Below, piece after piece: positions 8,580 through 16,702 of a stretch of 48,692 nt of DNA. Source of the stretch: Ruminococcaceae bacterium UBA6842 (GTDB taxonomy: Bacteria > Bacillota > Clostridia > Oscillospirales > Acutalibacteraceae); assembly GCA_002451855.1 (NCBI GenBank), contig DKDS01000048.1, positions 18,535 to 67,226 of the forward strand, written 5' to 3'. A model generated the notes under the pieces. It was not told the origin of the DNA. It did no database searches and saw nothing but the letters and a program-made list of their open reading frames with translations. How positions within the stretch are numbered: the first letter of the stretch is position 1; every line of letters begins with the position of its first letter. A program made the translations under genes and the position numbers.

Positions 8580-8927
8580 CTACTCTATATTCTTTGTTGC
8601 AATAATATCAGTTCCGAATACATTTTCTATTACCGTATCGCCTATATGTATCGGAGCGGCAACACTTTTCGCGCGAATAAGCTTCATAGCGTCAAAAATT
8701 TTATCTTTAGGTATCGGATTTTCCGTCTTGACGCTTACCATAATATCCTCACGGTTATCCACCCTGACTGATGAAGTTACGGTACGGGTAGGGTTGGTAC
8801 ATTCGTCTATGGCGTATTGCTTGCCTTTAGGGCAGCTGTTGCCCGTAACGGTTATATTATTGCCGTTAATTTCCACTTTGAGCGCACAGCCGCGCGGACA
8901 AATTATACAGGTCATATCTCTTGTCAT
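8580..8927 (-). CDS. DUF1667 domain protein, the small subunit-like partner of the FAD oxidoreductases
   Basis: MTCIICPRGCALKVE...GNSCPKGKQYA is the cysteine pattern typical of DUF1667. The start forms an ATGA overlap with the upstream gene's stop. Confidence 0.7.
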   Translation of the reverse strand: MTRDMTCIICPRGCALKVEINGNNITVTGNSCPKGKQYAIDECTNPTRTVTSSVRVDNREDIMVSVKTENPIPKDKIFDAMKLIRAKSVAAPIHIGDTVIENVFGTDIIATKNIE

Positions 8928-10174
8928 TTTACTTCCTCCAAGCTGACTGTTATTTCTTCATTTGCCAAAGCCAATTTTTCCGGTTTCAATACTATCTTTT
9001 CCAGTTCTCCGGGCGCCGCTTTCAGCCGCACGGCGGTTGCAAGAACTTTGTTTCCCGAGCTTACGGTATATTTAACCTTTCCGAACGGCTGCGATACCCG
9101 CAGGAACAATGCTACATCATTTTTTTCGTCTGCGTTTATCCGTTGCGGCAGAACATAACGCACGCCGTTACCTGCCCTTGTGATTACCGTTTTGCCGCCA
9201 TTTGCACCGTTCAGTACATAGCTTGCGGCGCCTTTGCCCGCAATTTCAGCCTCGTCCGACACATAATCCACAAGGTCATGCACCTGCAAAACATTACCGC
9301 AGGCGAAAATACCCTCTGTCTCGGTCTGACGGTTTTCGTCAACCTTAGCCCCGCTTGTTATATTATCTATCGGAATTTCGGTATTTCGGGTCAATTCGTT
9401 TTCGGGAATAAGACCGACGGAAAGCAACAGAGTATCGCACGGTATGTAACGCTTTGTTTCCTCAATTATATTGCGTCTTTCATCCACCTTTGCAACAGTT
9501 ACTCCCTCTACTCTGTCTTTACCGTGAATTTCCGCCACGGTAGTGGATAAATAAAGCGGTATACCGAAATCCTCAAGACACTGAACAATATTTCTTTTAA
9601 GTCCGCCGGAATACGGCATAAGCTCGCATACCGCCTCAACCTTTGCGCCCTCAAGCGACATACGGCGTGCCATAATAAGTCCTATATCTCCCGAACCTAA
9701 TATAACGACCCTCTTACCGACCGCATAACCCTCGCAGTTCATCAGCTTTTGCGCCGTGCCCGCGCTGTAAACTCCTGCCGGACGGGTTCCGGCAGTGTTG
9801 AGCGCACCGCGGCTGCGCTCGCGGCAGCCCATCGCAAGAATTATAGCCTTTGCCTTAATTTTAAGCAGACCTGCGGTGCTTTGCGCCGTTACAATTTTAT
9901 CGGGTGAAATATCCGTTACCATGGTTTCGCAGTACGTCTTTATTCCGCGCTCCGCCACCTTTTCAGCGTAGACCGCCGCGTATTCGGGACCTGTAAGCTC
10001 TTTCCCCAACTTATGAAGTCCAAAGCCGTTGTGAATACACTGCTTTAAAATTCCGCCGGGCATTTCCTCTCGCTCTAAAATGCAAACATCGGTTACGCCG
10101 CTGTCATATGCCGCGGCTGCCGCCGCCATTCCCGCGGGTCCGCCGCCTATTACTACTATATCGTGATTTATCAT
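8924..10174 (-). CDS. NAD(P)/FAD-dependent oxidoreductase of the pyridine nucleotide-disulfide oxidoreductase type
   Basis: It has two Rossmann motifs, VVIGGGPAGMAAA and VVILGSGDIGLIMA. It sits in the usual three-gene arrangement with a GlpA-like gene and DUF1667. Confidence 0.7.
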   Translation of the reverse strand: MINHDIVVIGGGPAGMAAAAAAYDSGVTDVCILEREEMPGGILKQCIHNGFGLHKLGKELTGPEYAAVYAEKVAERGIKTYCETMVTDISPDKIVTAQSTAGLLKIKAKAIILAMGCRERSRGALNTAGTRPAGVYSAGTAQKLMNCEGYAVGKRVVILGSGDIGLIMARRMSLEGAKVEAVCELMPYSGGLKRNIVQCLEDFGIPLYLSTTVAEIHGKDRVEGVTVAKVDERRNIIEETKRYIPCDTLLLSVGLIPENELTRNTEIPIDNITSGAKVDENRQTETEGIFACGNVLQVHDLVDYVSDEAEIAGKGAASYVLNGANGGKTVITRAGNGVRYVLPQRINADEKNDVALFLRVSQPFGKVKYTVSSGNKVLATAVRLKAAPGELEKIVLKPEKLALANEEITVSLEEVK

Positions 10175-10184
10175 TTCTTTTCCC

Positions 10185-11615
10185 TCACAGTCTGCCTGTC
10201 ACAGTATTCGATTTTCCGCCTTTTTTGGTTATCTCGGTCATAGGTTTGCCCGTTTCATTTTCAATAAGCCGCATTACATAAGGCATACAGAAGCCGCCCT
10301 GACATCTTCCCATTCCCGAACGGGTACGGCGTTTTACCCCATCAACATCAGTTGCAGCAGGGTTGCGGTGCAGTACGTCCAATATTTCACCCTCACTCAC
10401 CGTCTCGCAGCGGCATATAATTCTGCCGTATGCGGGATTTTTCTTTATATATTCATCCTTTTCTTCATCACTCATTTTTCTGAAAGCGTGAGTATCCTCG
10501 CGATTACCGTTAAAATCGGGGTTCTCGGTCAATTTAAGTCCGCTTTTTTCAAGCAGCTCCACAATATATTCCGCAATAGCGGCAGAAGAGGAAAGTCCCG
10601 GCGAATCTATCGCCGCGGCGTGTATAAGTCCCTTTACCTTGTTCGATTCCTTTATAATAAAATCGCCGTTTTTCTCTGACGCACGCACGCCTGAAAAAGA
10701 GGTTATTACCGCACGGGTGTTAACGCTCGGTACGCTTTTCTTTGCAAGCTCGGCAACAGTCTTAAGCCCATCCGCCGTAGTTTCGGTATTATCGGGTGTT
10801 TCCACCCTTTCGGCAGTAGGTCCTAAAAGAAGATTGCCGTCTGCCGTGGGAGTTACCAAAATGCCCTTACCGTTGGCAGTCGGCACTTGGAATATCGTGT
10901 GCGATACAGTCTTGCCTTCATTTTTATCAAGCAACATATATTCGCCGGCGCGGGGTATTATTTCAAAGAATTTATCCCCTGCCATTTCGGCTATTTTATC
11001 CGCAAATCCGCCGGCGCAGTTTACAAGATACCGCGCGGTTACTTGTCTGCCGTCCGCTGAGCATATTCTGAAGCCGTTCTCTGCCCTTACTATTGCCGTA
11101 ACCTCGTAATTCGTCCGAAGCTCGGCGCCGTTATCCATAGCATTGCCCATAGCCGCAATAGTCAGAGCATAGGGGCAGATTATTCCGGCATTAGTCACAA
11201 GCAGCGCTTTTGTAACCTTCTCCGACAAATTGCTTTCAAGCCGCCTTGCTTCTGTTCCGGAAAGAATATCCATACCCTTTATTCCGTTTTTCAGTCCGCG
11301 CGCATAAAGCTCATCTATAACCGCGTCCTCTTCTTTATTAAACGCAAGCACCATTGAACCGTTGTTTTTGCAAGGCACATTAAGCTCCTTCGCCGCCTTA
11401 TATAAAAGCGGCACACCCTTCGCATTCAGTTCCGCCTTAAGTGTTCCCGGTTCGGGGTCAAAGCCACCGTGAATTATTCCGCTGTTTGCTTTGCCGGCAC
11501 CCATTGCAACATCGTTTTCCTTTTCAAGCACACACACGGAAAGATTATACCTCGCAAGTTCCCTTGCGGTTAATGCGCCCACAACACCTGCTCCTATAAT
11601 TACTACATCAAACAT
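10185..11615 (-). CDS. FAD-dependent glycerol-3-phosphate dehydrogenase/oxidase-type oxidoreductase with a BFD-like [2Fe-2S] domain
   Basis: VVIIGAGVVGALTAREL is a dinucleotide fold. The C-terminal ICRCETVSEGEI...GMGRCQGGFC is a BFD-like motif. The glpP context supports the call. Confidence 0.7.
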   Translation of the reverse strand: MFDVVIIGAGVVGALTARELARYNLSVCVLEKENDVAMGAGKANSGIIHGGFDPEPGTLKAELNAKGVPLLYKAAKELNVPCKNNGSMVLAFNKEEDAVIDELYARGLKNGIKGMDILSGTEARRLESNLSEKVTKALLVTNAGIICPYALTIAAMGNAMDNGAELRTNYEVTAIVRAENGFRICSADGRQVTARYLVNCAGGFADKIAEMAGDKFFEIIPRAGEYMLLDKNEGKTVSHTIFQVPTANGKGILVTPTADGNLLLGPTAERVETPDNTETTADGLKTVAELAKKSVPSVNTRAVITSFSGVRASEKNGDFIIKESNKVKGLIHAAAIDSPGLSSSAAIAEYIVELLEKSGLKLTENPDFNGNREDTHAFRKMSDEEKDEYIKKNPAYGRIICRCETVSEGEILDVLHRNPAATDVDGVKRRTRSGMGRCQGGFCMPYVMRLIENETGKPMTEITKKGGKSNTVTGRL

Positions 11616-11618
11616 TTT

Positions 11619-12258
11619 TTACTCCTCCACAGCAAAAACTATATTTTCAATCTCCGAAAGCCCCGATACATCCATATCTATTCGTTTATCTATTACAACA
11701 TTAAGCCCCACGTTGCCCTGATTTCCGCTTTTCGGTGCGAAAATCTGGTATGTAAAACTCTCAGGAATCGTTTTTTCAAGTTCTTTTAAGACCTCGTTCA
11801 CCTTATATGCGTTATCTATTTCAATGTAAATGACCTCAGCCGATTTACGCTTGCGCTCAAATCTTGCAAACAAAACTATTGTGGATAAAAACAGTGCCGT
11901 AACCGCTACCGCTCCCACATAATAGCCGTAACCGAGCGCCACGCCTATTGTGGCGGTTGTCCAAACTCCGGCGGCGGTTGTAAGACCGGTTATCATATTG
12001 TTGTTTTTAAGTATTATCATACCTGCGCCCAAAAAGCCTATGCCGGATATCACCTGAGCAGGTATCCTGAACACATCTCCGCTGTTGCCTATCATATCGG
12101 CTACGAACATACTTGTCATACTTGTCATACAAGAACCGAGACAAACAAGAATATGAGTTCTCATTCCTGCCGTGTCTTGCCCGTTCGCTCCCGATAATTC
12201 CGCCGATTATAACAGCGGCAAGCGACCTTAAAACCGTGCTCAAAATCATTTGTTGCAT
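11619..12258 (-). pseudogene. MgtC/SapB-family membrane protein interrupted by a frameshift
   Basis: The N-terminal part, MQQMILSTVLRSLAAVIIGGIIGSERARH (ATG 12258, GGAGGG RBS), is in one frame. The rest, (AG)MRTHILVCLGS...RIPAQVISGIGFLGAGMI, is in another frame (track ORF 11619..12164). The switch lies within about 12160-12175, at CACGGCAGGAATGAGA. Confidence 0.6.
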
Positions 12259-12269
12259 AAAATCCCTCC

Positions 12270-12355
12270 AAAAAATAAAAGCGGGAAACAAACGGTTGTT
12301 TTTTTGCAACCCTTTGTTTTCCGCTCTCTTTGACTCCGCAGATATATTATATTCT
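12270..12355 (-). promoter_or_regulatory. Leader/intercistronic terminator upstream of the MgtC-dehydrogenase genes, carrying a conserved CGGAG..AGAG motif
   Basis: Minus-strand RNA reads TATAAT-ATATCTG-CGGAGUCAAAGAGAG. A 17/19-bp hairpin follows (plus-strand 12280-12298 pairing with 12307-12325), then UUUAUUUUUU and the RBS. Confidence 0.5.
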
Positions 12356-12914
12356 AAATTTCATTCCACAATTCTCTTTTGCCCGTTGAGACCGCAACGG
12401 CTCCGCTTGACAATGCTTTCGTTACTTCCTGCTTTGTTTCAACAAGTCCGCCGGCTATAACGGGTATTTCCTGTCCGGAAAAAAATTTTAACGCTTTCGG
12501 TATTACCCCGGGCATTATTTCAATCAAATCGGGATCTGCGGTTTCAATCGTCTCGGAAATTGAATGCATACCCTTTGAATCGAGAATGAAAAAGCGTTGA
12601 ACCGCAAGCAGTCCGCTGTCGTGCGCCGCTCTTATAAGCTGTGTACGGGTAGAAATAATACCGTCCGCGCCTAATTTCTTAAGCCAATTTATTCCGGATT
12701 TGTCTTTTCCTATTCCGTCAGCCAAATCGATATGTATAAAAACAAATTTTTCGTTTCTTTTTGCCTCGGCTATATCATCGGCAACAGTCATAATGTCCGC
12801 CCCGAGATGAAACAGAACCTCCGTATCGGATAAAACCGCATTTTTCCACCCGTGACGGTCGGTTGCCGCTATAATAGGTGTTCTTTCAAGCGCGTCTGTA
12901 ACCGACTTATTCAA
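12354..12914 (-). CDS. glpP: Glycerol-3-phosphate-responsive antiterminator GlpP
   Basis: The whole length follows the G3P_antiterm layout (PIIAA..., FIHIDLADGIGKD, GIISTR, IEIMPGVIP, PVIAGGL). I prefer the TTG at 12914, 8 nt after AAGGAGG. The track start at 12950 lies inside the leader hairpin. Confidence 0.75.
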   Translation of the reverse strand: MNKSVTDALERTPIIAATDRHGWKNAVLSDTEVLFHLGADIMTVADDIAEAKRNEKFVFIHIDLADGIGKDKSGINWLKKLGADGIISTRTQLIRAAHDSGLLAVQRFFILDSKGMHSISETIETADPDLIEIMPGVIPKALKFFSGQEIPVIAGGLVETKQEVTKALSSGAVAVSTGKRELWNEI

Positions 12915-12935
12915 TTCCTCAACCTCCTTTAAAGA

Positions 12936-13016
12936 ACAAAAAAGACGCAAAGCAATAAGGTACTTTACATCTCTGATCTCCGACAGATATTATATCACAA
13001 ATTTAAAAAGTATCAA
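12936..13016 (-). promoter_or_regulatory. glpP promoter plus leader terminator (repeat copy 1)
   Basis: On the minus strand: TTGATA (13016-13011), a 16-nt spacer, then TGA-TATAAT (12994-12989). The leader continues CGGAGAUCAGAG. A hairpin follows, AGAUGUAAAG / 10-nt loop / CUUUGCGUCU (12972-12943). It has two G-U pairs, so it forms only in the minus-sense RNA. UUUUUUG follows the hairpin. Confidence 0.6.
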
Positions 13017-13049
13017 GAGATCGGTTATAATAAAGTTTAAAATTATCTG

Positions 13050-13844
13050 TCATATATAATATGTCATTTCGCCAGCGTTTTCAAGCACCGCATCAGGCTT
13101 ATCCTTTGAATATTTAAGAATTTCAGGCGTTGTTTCACCGCTCATAACAAGCACCGACAACACACCTGCGTTCAGTCCGCTTTTAATATCGGTATAAATT
13201 CTGTCGCCTATAACCGCAGTTTCGTTAGGTAAACAGCCTTCCTTCTCCATAGCAAGCCGTATCATAAGCGGTGAAGGCTTACCGATAACAAACGGTCTTT
13301 TCCCCGTAGCGTTATAGATCATATCGCACATACTGCCGCAATCCGGAACACTTCCGTATTCGGTAGGGCACACATAATCGGGATTGGTAGCAATATACGG
13401 CAAATCCTTGGTGCAAAGCATTTTAGATATATCGTCAAGCTTTTTAAAGGTAAGCTCGGTATCAAACCCCATAACTATACATTCGGTTTTTTCGGTATCC
13501 TCGGTTATTTCAAAGTCATTTTCTCTAAGCTCCGCTTTTAATGACTCCGTTCCGCAGACATAAAGCCTTTTACCGTAATAATTCTTTTTAAGATACCAAG
13601 CGGTTGCCTGCGACGATGTGAGAAAGTCCTCAGCCGTTACCTTAACGCCGAGCCGATAAAGCTTTTCAACATAAGCATTAACACTTTTTGATGAATTATT
13701 GGTTATAAAAAGGTACTTCTTCCCTGCCTTTCTTATTGAAGAAAGCAGCTCCCCGGTAAAATCGAAAAGCTTATCACCTATATACAGTGTGCCGTCCATA
13801 TCAAAAAGAAAAAGTCTTATATTTTCAAAACGCTTATCTAACAT
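13050..13844 (-). CDS. HAD-IIA family sugar phosphatase (NagD/AraL-like)
   Basis: FLFDMDGTLY, ITNNSS and GDRIYTDI are the HAD motifs I-IV. Its start overlaps the upstream gene by 7 nt. Confidence 0.7.
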   Translation of the reverse strand: MLDKRFENIRLFLFDMDGTLYIGDKLFDFTGELLSSIRKAGKKYLFITNNSSKSVNAYVEKLYRLGVKVTAEDFLTSSQATAWYLKKNYYGKRLYVCGTESLKAELRENDFEITEDTEKTECIVMGFDTELTFKKLDDISKMLCTKDLPYIATNPDYVCPTEYGSVPDCGSMCDMIYNATGKRPFVIGKPSPLMIRLAMEKEGCLPNETAVIGDRIYTDIKSGLNAGVLSVLVMSGETTPEILKYSKDKPDAVLENAGEMTYYI

Positions 13845-15157
13845 TCGGCGATTTCCTCAAAAAATTCCGATATTCCGAGATCCCAGCAAAGCCGTGACAA
13901 AACATATTTATCCCTGATATCCTTAGTAGCCGCAAATGTCATAGGAAGAATTTCAGGGTCAATTCCGATTTCCTCTGCTGTCTTGGGGCAGTGAATTTTA
14001 TCAAGTATGCTTTCTATAAGCTGCGGTTCGGGTATTTCCTCATTTATAACGGCAACTATTTTTTCCCAGTTGTCAATTATAATTCCGAGCCTTTTTAAAT
14101 GAGCCCTTGCATCATATTTCTTTTCTTTCTTTTCAAGAGCAATCATAGTGTCTGCGCCCTTTCCCAAAAACGCCCTTAATTTTTCTTTGTAGGTTTCATA
14201 ATCGAAATCGGATACATACCGTAATGCCTTTTCTCTATCGGGTTTAACGGTCTTTATCCTGTTATACAGCCTTGCCGCGCAAAGCGTGCCTACGGCGCAC
14301 TGAATACCGTGGGTTGAAACGGGTGTGCCAAACTCCAATCCGCGCATATCCCAAATATGAGAGAAATAATGCTCAACTCCGGACGCGGGGCGGGACAAAC
14401 CCGCATAGGTCATTGCAACGCCGCCGATAACAAGTCCCTCAAAAACGGCTTTAACGGCAGCGTCATCACGCTTTAAAAGCCCATCCGCATTCTGGACACA
14501 TTTTTTAACGGCGCCGCGTATCATCTGAGCAATTTTCTCACAGTAATACTCTCCGGTAATAATATTGCTTATACGCCATTCGGCAATCGAGATATACTTT
14601 GCAAGCATATCTCCAAGTCCTGATATAAGCGCCTTTTCAGGGGAATTTTTAAGTATATCTATATCACCTATTATAGTGTCCGCGCATTTATCAGGCAAAG
14701 AAACCTTTAAGCCGTCCATCGACATAGACGAGGTGGCGGAGGCGTAACCGTCCATTGACGGTGCGGTTGCCACTATGATATACGGTATTTTACTGCGAAA
14801 GCTTAATATTTTGCATATATCGTTAATAACACCGGAGCCGGCTCCTATCAGAATATCACAGGAATTGTCAAAGTGCATAACAGCAGAGCCTACCGCAAAC
14901 TCATCAGGTTCAAGCGCGGTATTTTGAAAAATATACGAAGAAAAAGAAACAGAATTTTCACGGAGGATTGAAACGACCTTTTCACCTGCCGCTTTATATG
15001 TATTTACATCTGCCAAAACAAATGTCCTTTTCGCGCCGTAGTCCTTTATGATCTCAGGCAGTCGCTTTATTGCCCCGTTTTCGACTATTATATCGTCAAT
15101 GTCCGCTATGTGCTTTTTACCGCACGGGCAGTTTGAAATTTCAAATTTATTTTTCAT
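13838..15157 (-). CDS. Iron-containing alcohol dehydrogenase-fold enzyme, sn-glycerol-1-phosphate dehydrogenase-like (AraM/EgsA-like)
   Basis: GAGSGVINDICK and the later metal-binding histidines (HYFSHIWD, STHG) fit the family. The pairing with a HAD-IIA gene mirrors B. subtilis araL/araM. The ATG at 15157 follows AAGGAGG. Confidence 0.6.
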   Translation of the reverse strand: MKNKFEISNCPCGKKHIADIDDIIVENGAIKRLPEIIKDYGAKRTFVLADVNTYKAAGEKVVSILRENSVSFSSYIFQNTALEPDEFAVGSAVMHFDNSCDILIGAGSGVINDICKILSFRSKIPYIIVATAPSMDGYASATSSMSMDGLKVSLPDKCADTIIGDIDILKNSPEKALISGLGDMLAKYISIAEWRISNIITGEYYCEKIAQMIRGAVKKCVQNADGLLKRDDAAVKAVFEGLVIGGVAMTYAGLSRPASGVEHYFSHIWDMRGLEFGTPVSTHGIQCAVGTLCAARLYNRIKTVKPDREKALRYVSDFDYETYKEKLRAFLGKGADTMIALEKKEKKYDARAHLKRLGIIIDNWEKIVAVINEEIPEPQLIESILDKIHCPKTAEEIGIDPEILPMTFAATKDIRDKYVLSRLCWDLGISEFFEEIAEC

Positions 15158-15306
15158 ACCCTTGATCCTCCTTAACAATTACAGCAAACCAAGTTCGACC
15201 TGATTAAAAAGGCGTTTCTTCGGCAACAGCCGATCAGCGCAATAACAGCTGTCTTCCGAAATGCATCATAACAGATTTGTCCGCTCACTAAATTTACCCC
15301 GAAAAA

Positions 15307-15386
15307 ACAAAAAAGACGCAAAGCAACAAGGTACTTTACATCTCTAATCTCCGAGTTTATTATAGCATACGGTTATGAAAAGTCAA
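15307..15386 (-). promoter_or_regulatory. Promoter plus leader terminator of the AraM-like operon (repeat copy 2)
   Basis: On the minus strand: TTGACT (15386-15381), a 16-nt spacer, then TGC-TATAAT (15364-15359), then CGGAGAUUAGAG. The stem is identical to copy 1, AGAUGUAAAG/CUUUGCGUCU (15343-15314), and is followed by UUUUUUG. Confidence 0.6.
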
Positions 15387-15439
15387 TAGCCAAAAATTAT
15401 TTCACTCACAAAATTTGCGCTTTTTTCAATGATGTGTTG

Positions 15440-15740
15440 CAAGAATCAGAAAACCTCGCCTAAGGATAAAAATAAACGGCAGGAGATTTTCAATCAAGAG
15501 GGCGCATAGGGGGATTATTGTACTTTGTGTTTTGTTGCACACTGTTTGAGGCGAACCTCAAACGGAATGGTCGTCAGCTTTTCGGTATTCCTAAGCCTTC
15601 GGTAAATTCCGCATCGTTATCGATTTGAACACATTGTATCTTAAATGAGAGCTTCTTTACCAGGCGTTCATATTGCGCTTTCACATAACAGGAAACTCCA
15701 TTCGTCACTTTTTTCTATCCTTTATAAAACATCTGTTGTA
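15440..15740 (-). mobile_element. Degraded fragment of a DDE (rve-type) transposase gene; an IS remnant
   Basis: Minus-strand translation gives ...YERLVKKLSFKIQCVQIDNDAEFTEGLGIPKS*. That resembles the l.F.i..iqTDNGsEF block. After stops and frame changes it continues KHKVQ*SPYAPS*LKISCRLF, which resembles H..irPY.PqTNGKiERf. No intact ORF or terminal repeats were recognised. Confidence 0.4.
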
Positions 15741-15779
15741 AACCCACACAGTCACTTTCGGAGATATTTTTCGGTTTGG

Positions 15780-15808
15780 TTGACAAAAGAAAATCCCTGT
15801 GCTACAAT
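15780..15808 (+). promoter_or_regulatory. Near-consensus sigma-A promoter for the deacetylase/O-antigen-ligase genes
   Basis: TTGACA (15780-15785), a 17-nt spacer, then TGC-TACAAT (-10 at 15803-15808). Confidence 0.55.
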
Positions 15809-15876
15809 CAAGCGTAGCAGGCTTTTGCGCCTTATATGCCGCAGACGCCGCGTTTTTAAGAAAGCAGGTAATAATT

Positions 15877-16680
15877 ATGCTTCAATATCACATTTATCCC
15901 GGCGGTTTAAAACGGATACTCACCTTCAGCTTTGACGACGGTGCTGAAAATGACGCCCGTCTTATATCGCTTTTCGACAAATATAATCTCAAAGCCACAT
16001 TCCATCTTAACGGCATCAGTTATCTCGGAAAAAACGCCGCCGAGAAGGAAAAAGTAAAGAATGTATACCGCAGCCACGAAATCGCCTGTCATACGCTTTC
16101 ACACGGCTGGCCGTCGAGGATGCCCGCCGCGTCGCTTGTAACCGAAACGATGAGGGACAGAGAAATTCTTGAAGAAATTGCGGGATACCCCGTAACCGGT
16201 ATGTCTTATCCGAGCGGCTCTTACAACGGCGAAGTGATTTCGGTTATGCGCGCTTGCGGAATTGAATACTCGCGGACTGTAAAATCAACAAACGATTTTT
16301 GCCTCCCCGACAATTTCCTTGAATGGCATCCGTCCTGCCATTTTAAAAACGCTATGCCCCTTGCGGAAAGATTTTTGAGGGATATTGATACTCAGTGGAC
16401 AAATCCTCTTTTCTATATTTGGGGTCACAGCCACGAAATACGCTCCGAGGAAGAATGGGAGCAAACGGAAAAGCTGCTTGCGCTTTTATCCGAAAACGAT
16501 AAAATCTGGTATGCGACCAATATTGATATTTACAATTATATTTCCGCGCAAAGGATGCTTAAAATATCCGCCGACGAAAAGGTCTTTTATAACCCCACCG
16601 CCACCGATGTGTGGGTCGAGAGAGACAAAAAGGATATTATTAAAATTCCCGCGGGACAGAAAATAATTATTCCCCGTTAG
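15877..16680 (+). CDS. Polysaccharide deacetylase (NodB homology domain) family protein
   Basis: LTFSFDDGAENDARL, ATFHLNG, HEIACHTLSH and IWGHSHE are NodB-type motifs. I prefer the ATG at 15877, in frame with the track ORF 15799..16680. Confidence 0.7.
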   Translation: MLQYHIYPGGLKRILTFSFDDGAENDARLISLFDKYNLKATFHLNGISYLGKNAAEKEKVKNVYRSHEIACHTLSHGWPSRMPAASLVTETMRDREILEEIAGYPVTGMSYPSGSYNGEVISVMRACGIEYSRTVKSTNDFCLPDNFLEWHPSCHFKNAMPLAERFLRDIDTQWTNPLFYIWGHSHEIRSEEEWEQTEKLLALLSENDKIWYATNIDIYNYISAQRMLKISADEKVFYNPTATDVWVERDKKDIIKIPAGQKIIIPR

Positions 16681-16702
16681 ACAAAAATTATATCGGTTTG
16701 AG

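Noticed and set aside
12007-12309. 100-aa ORF treated as an independent gene
   Set aside because: Only its first ~30 codons after the internal ATG (12258) are MgtC-like. The rest is the out-of-frame reading of the MgtC body, so I interpret it as the 5' part of a frameshifted gene.
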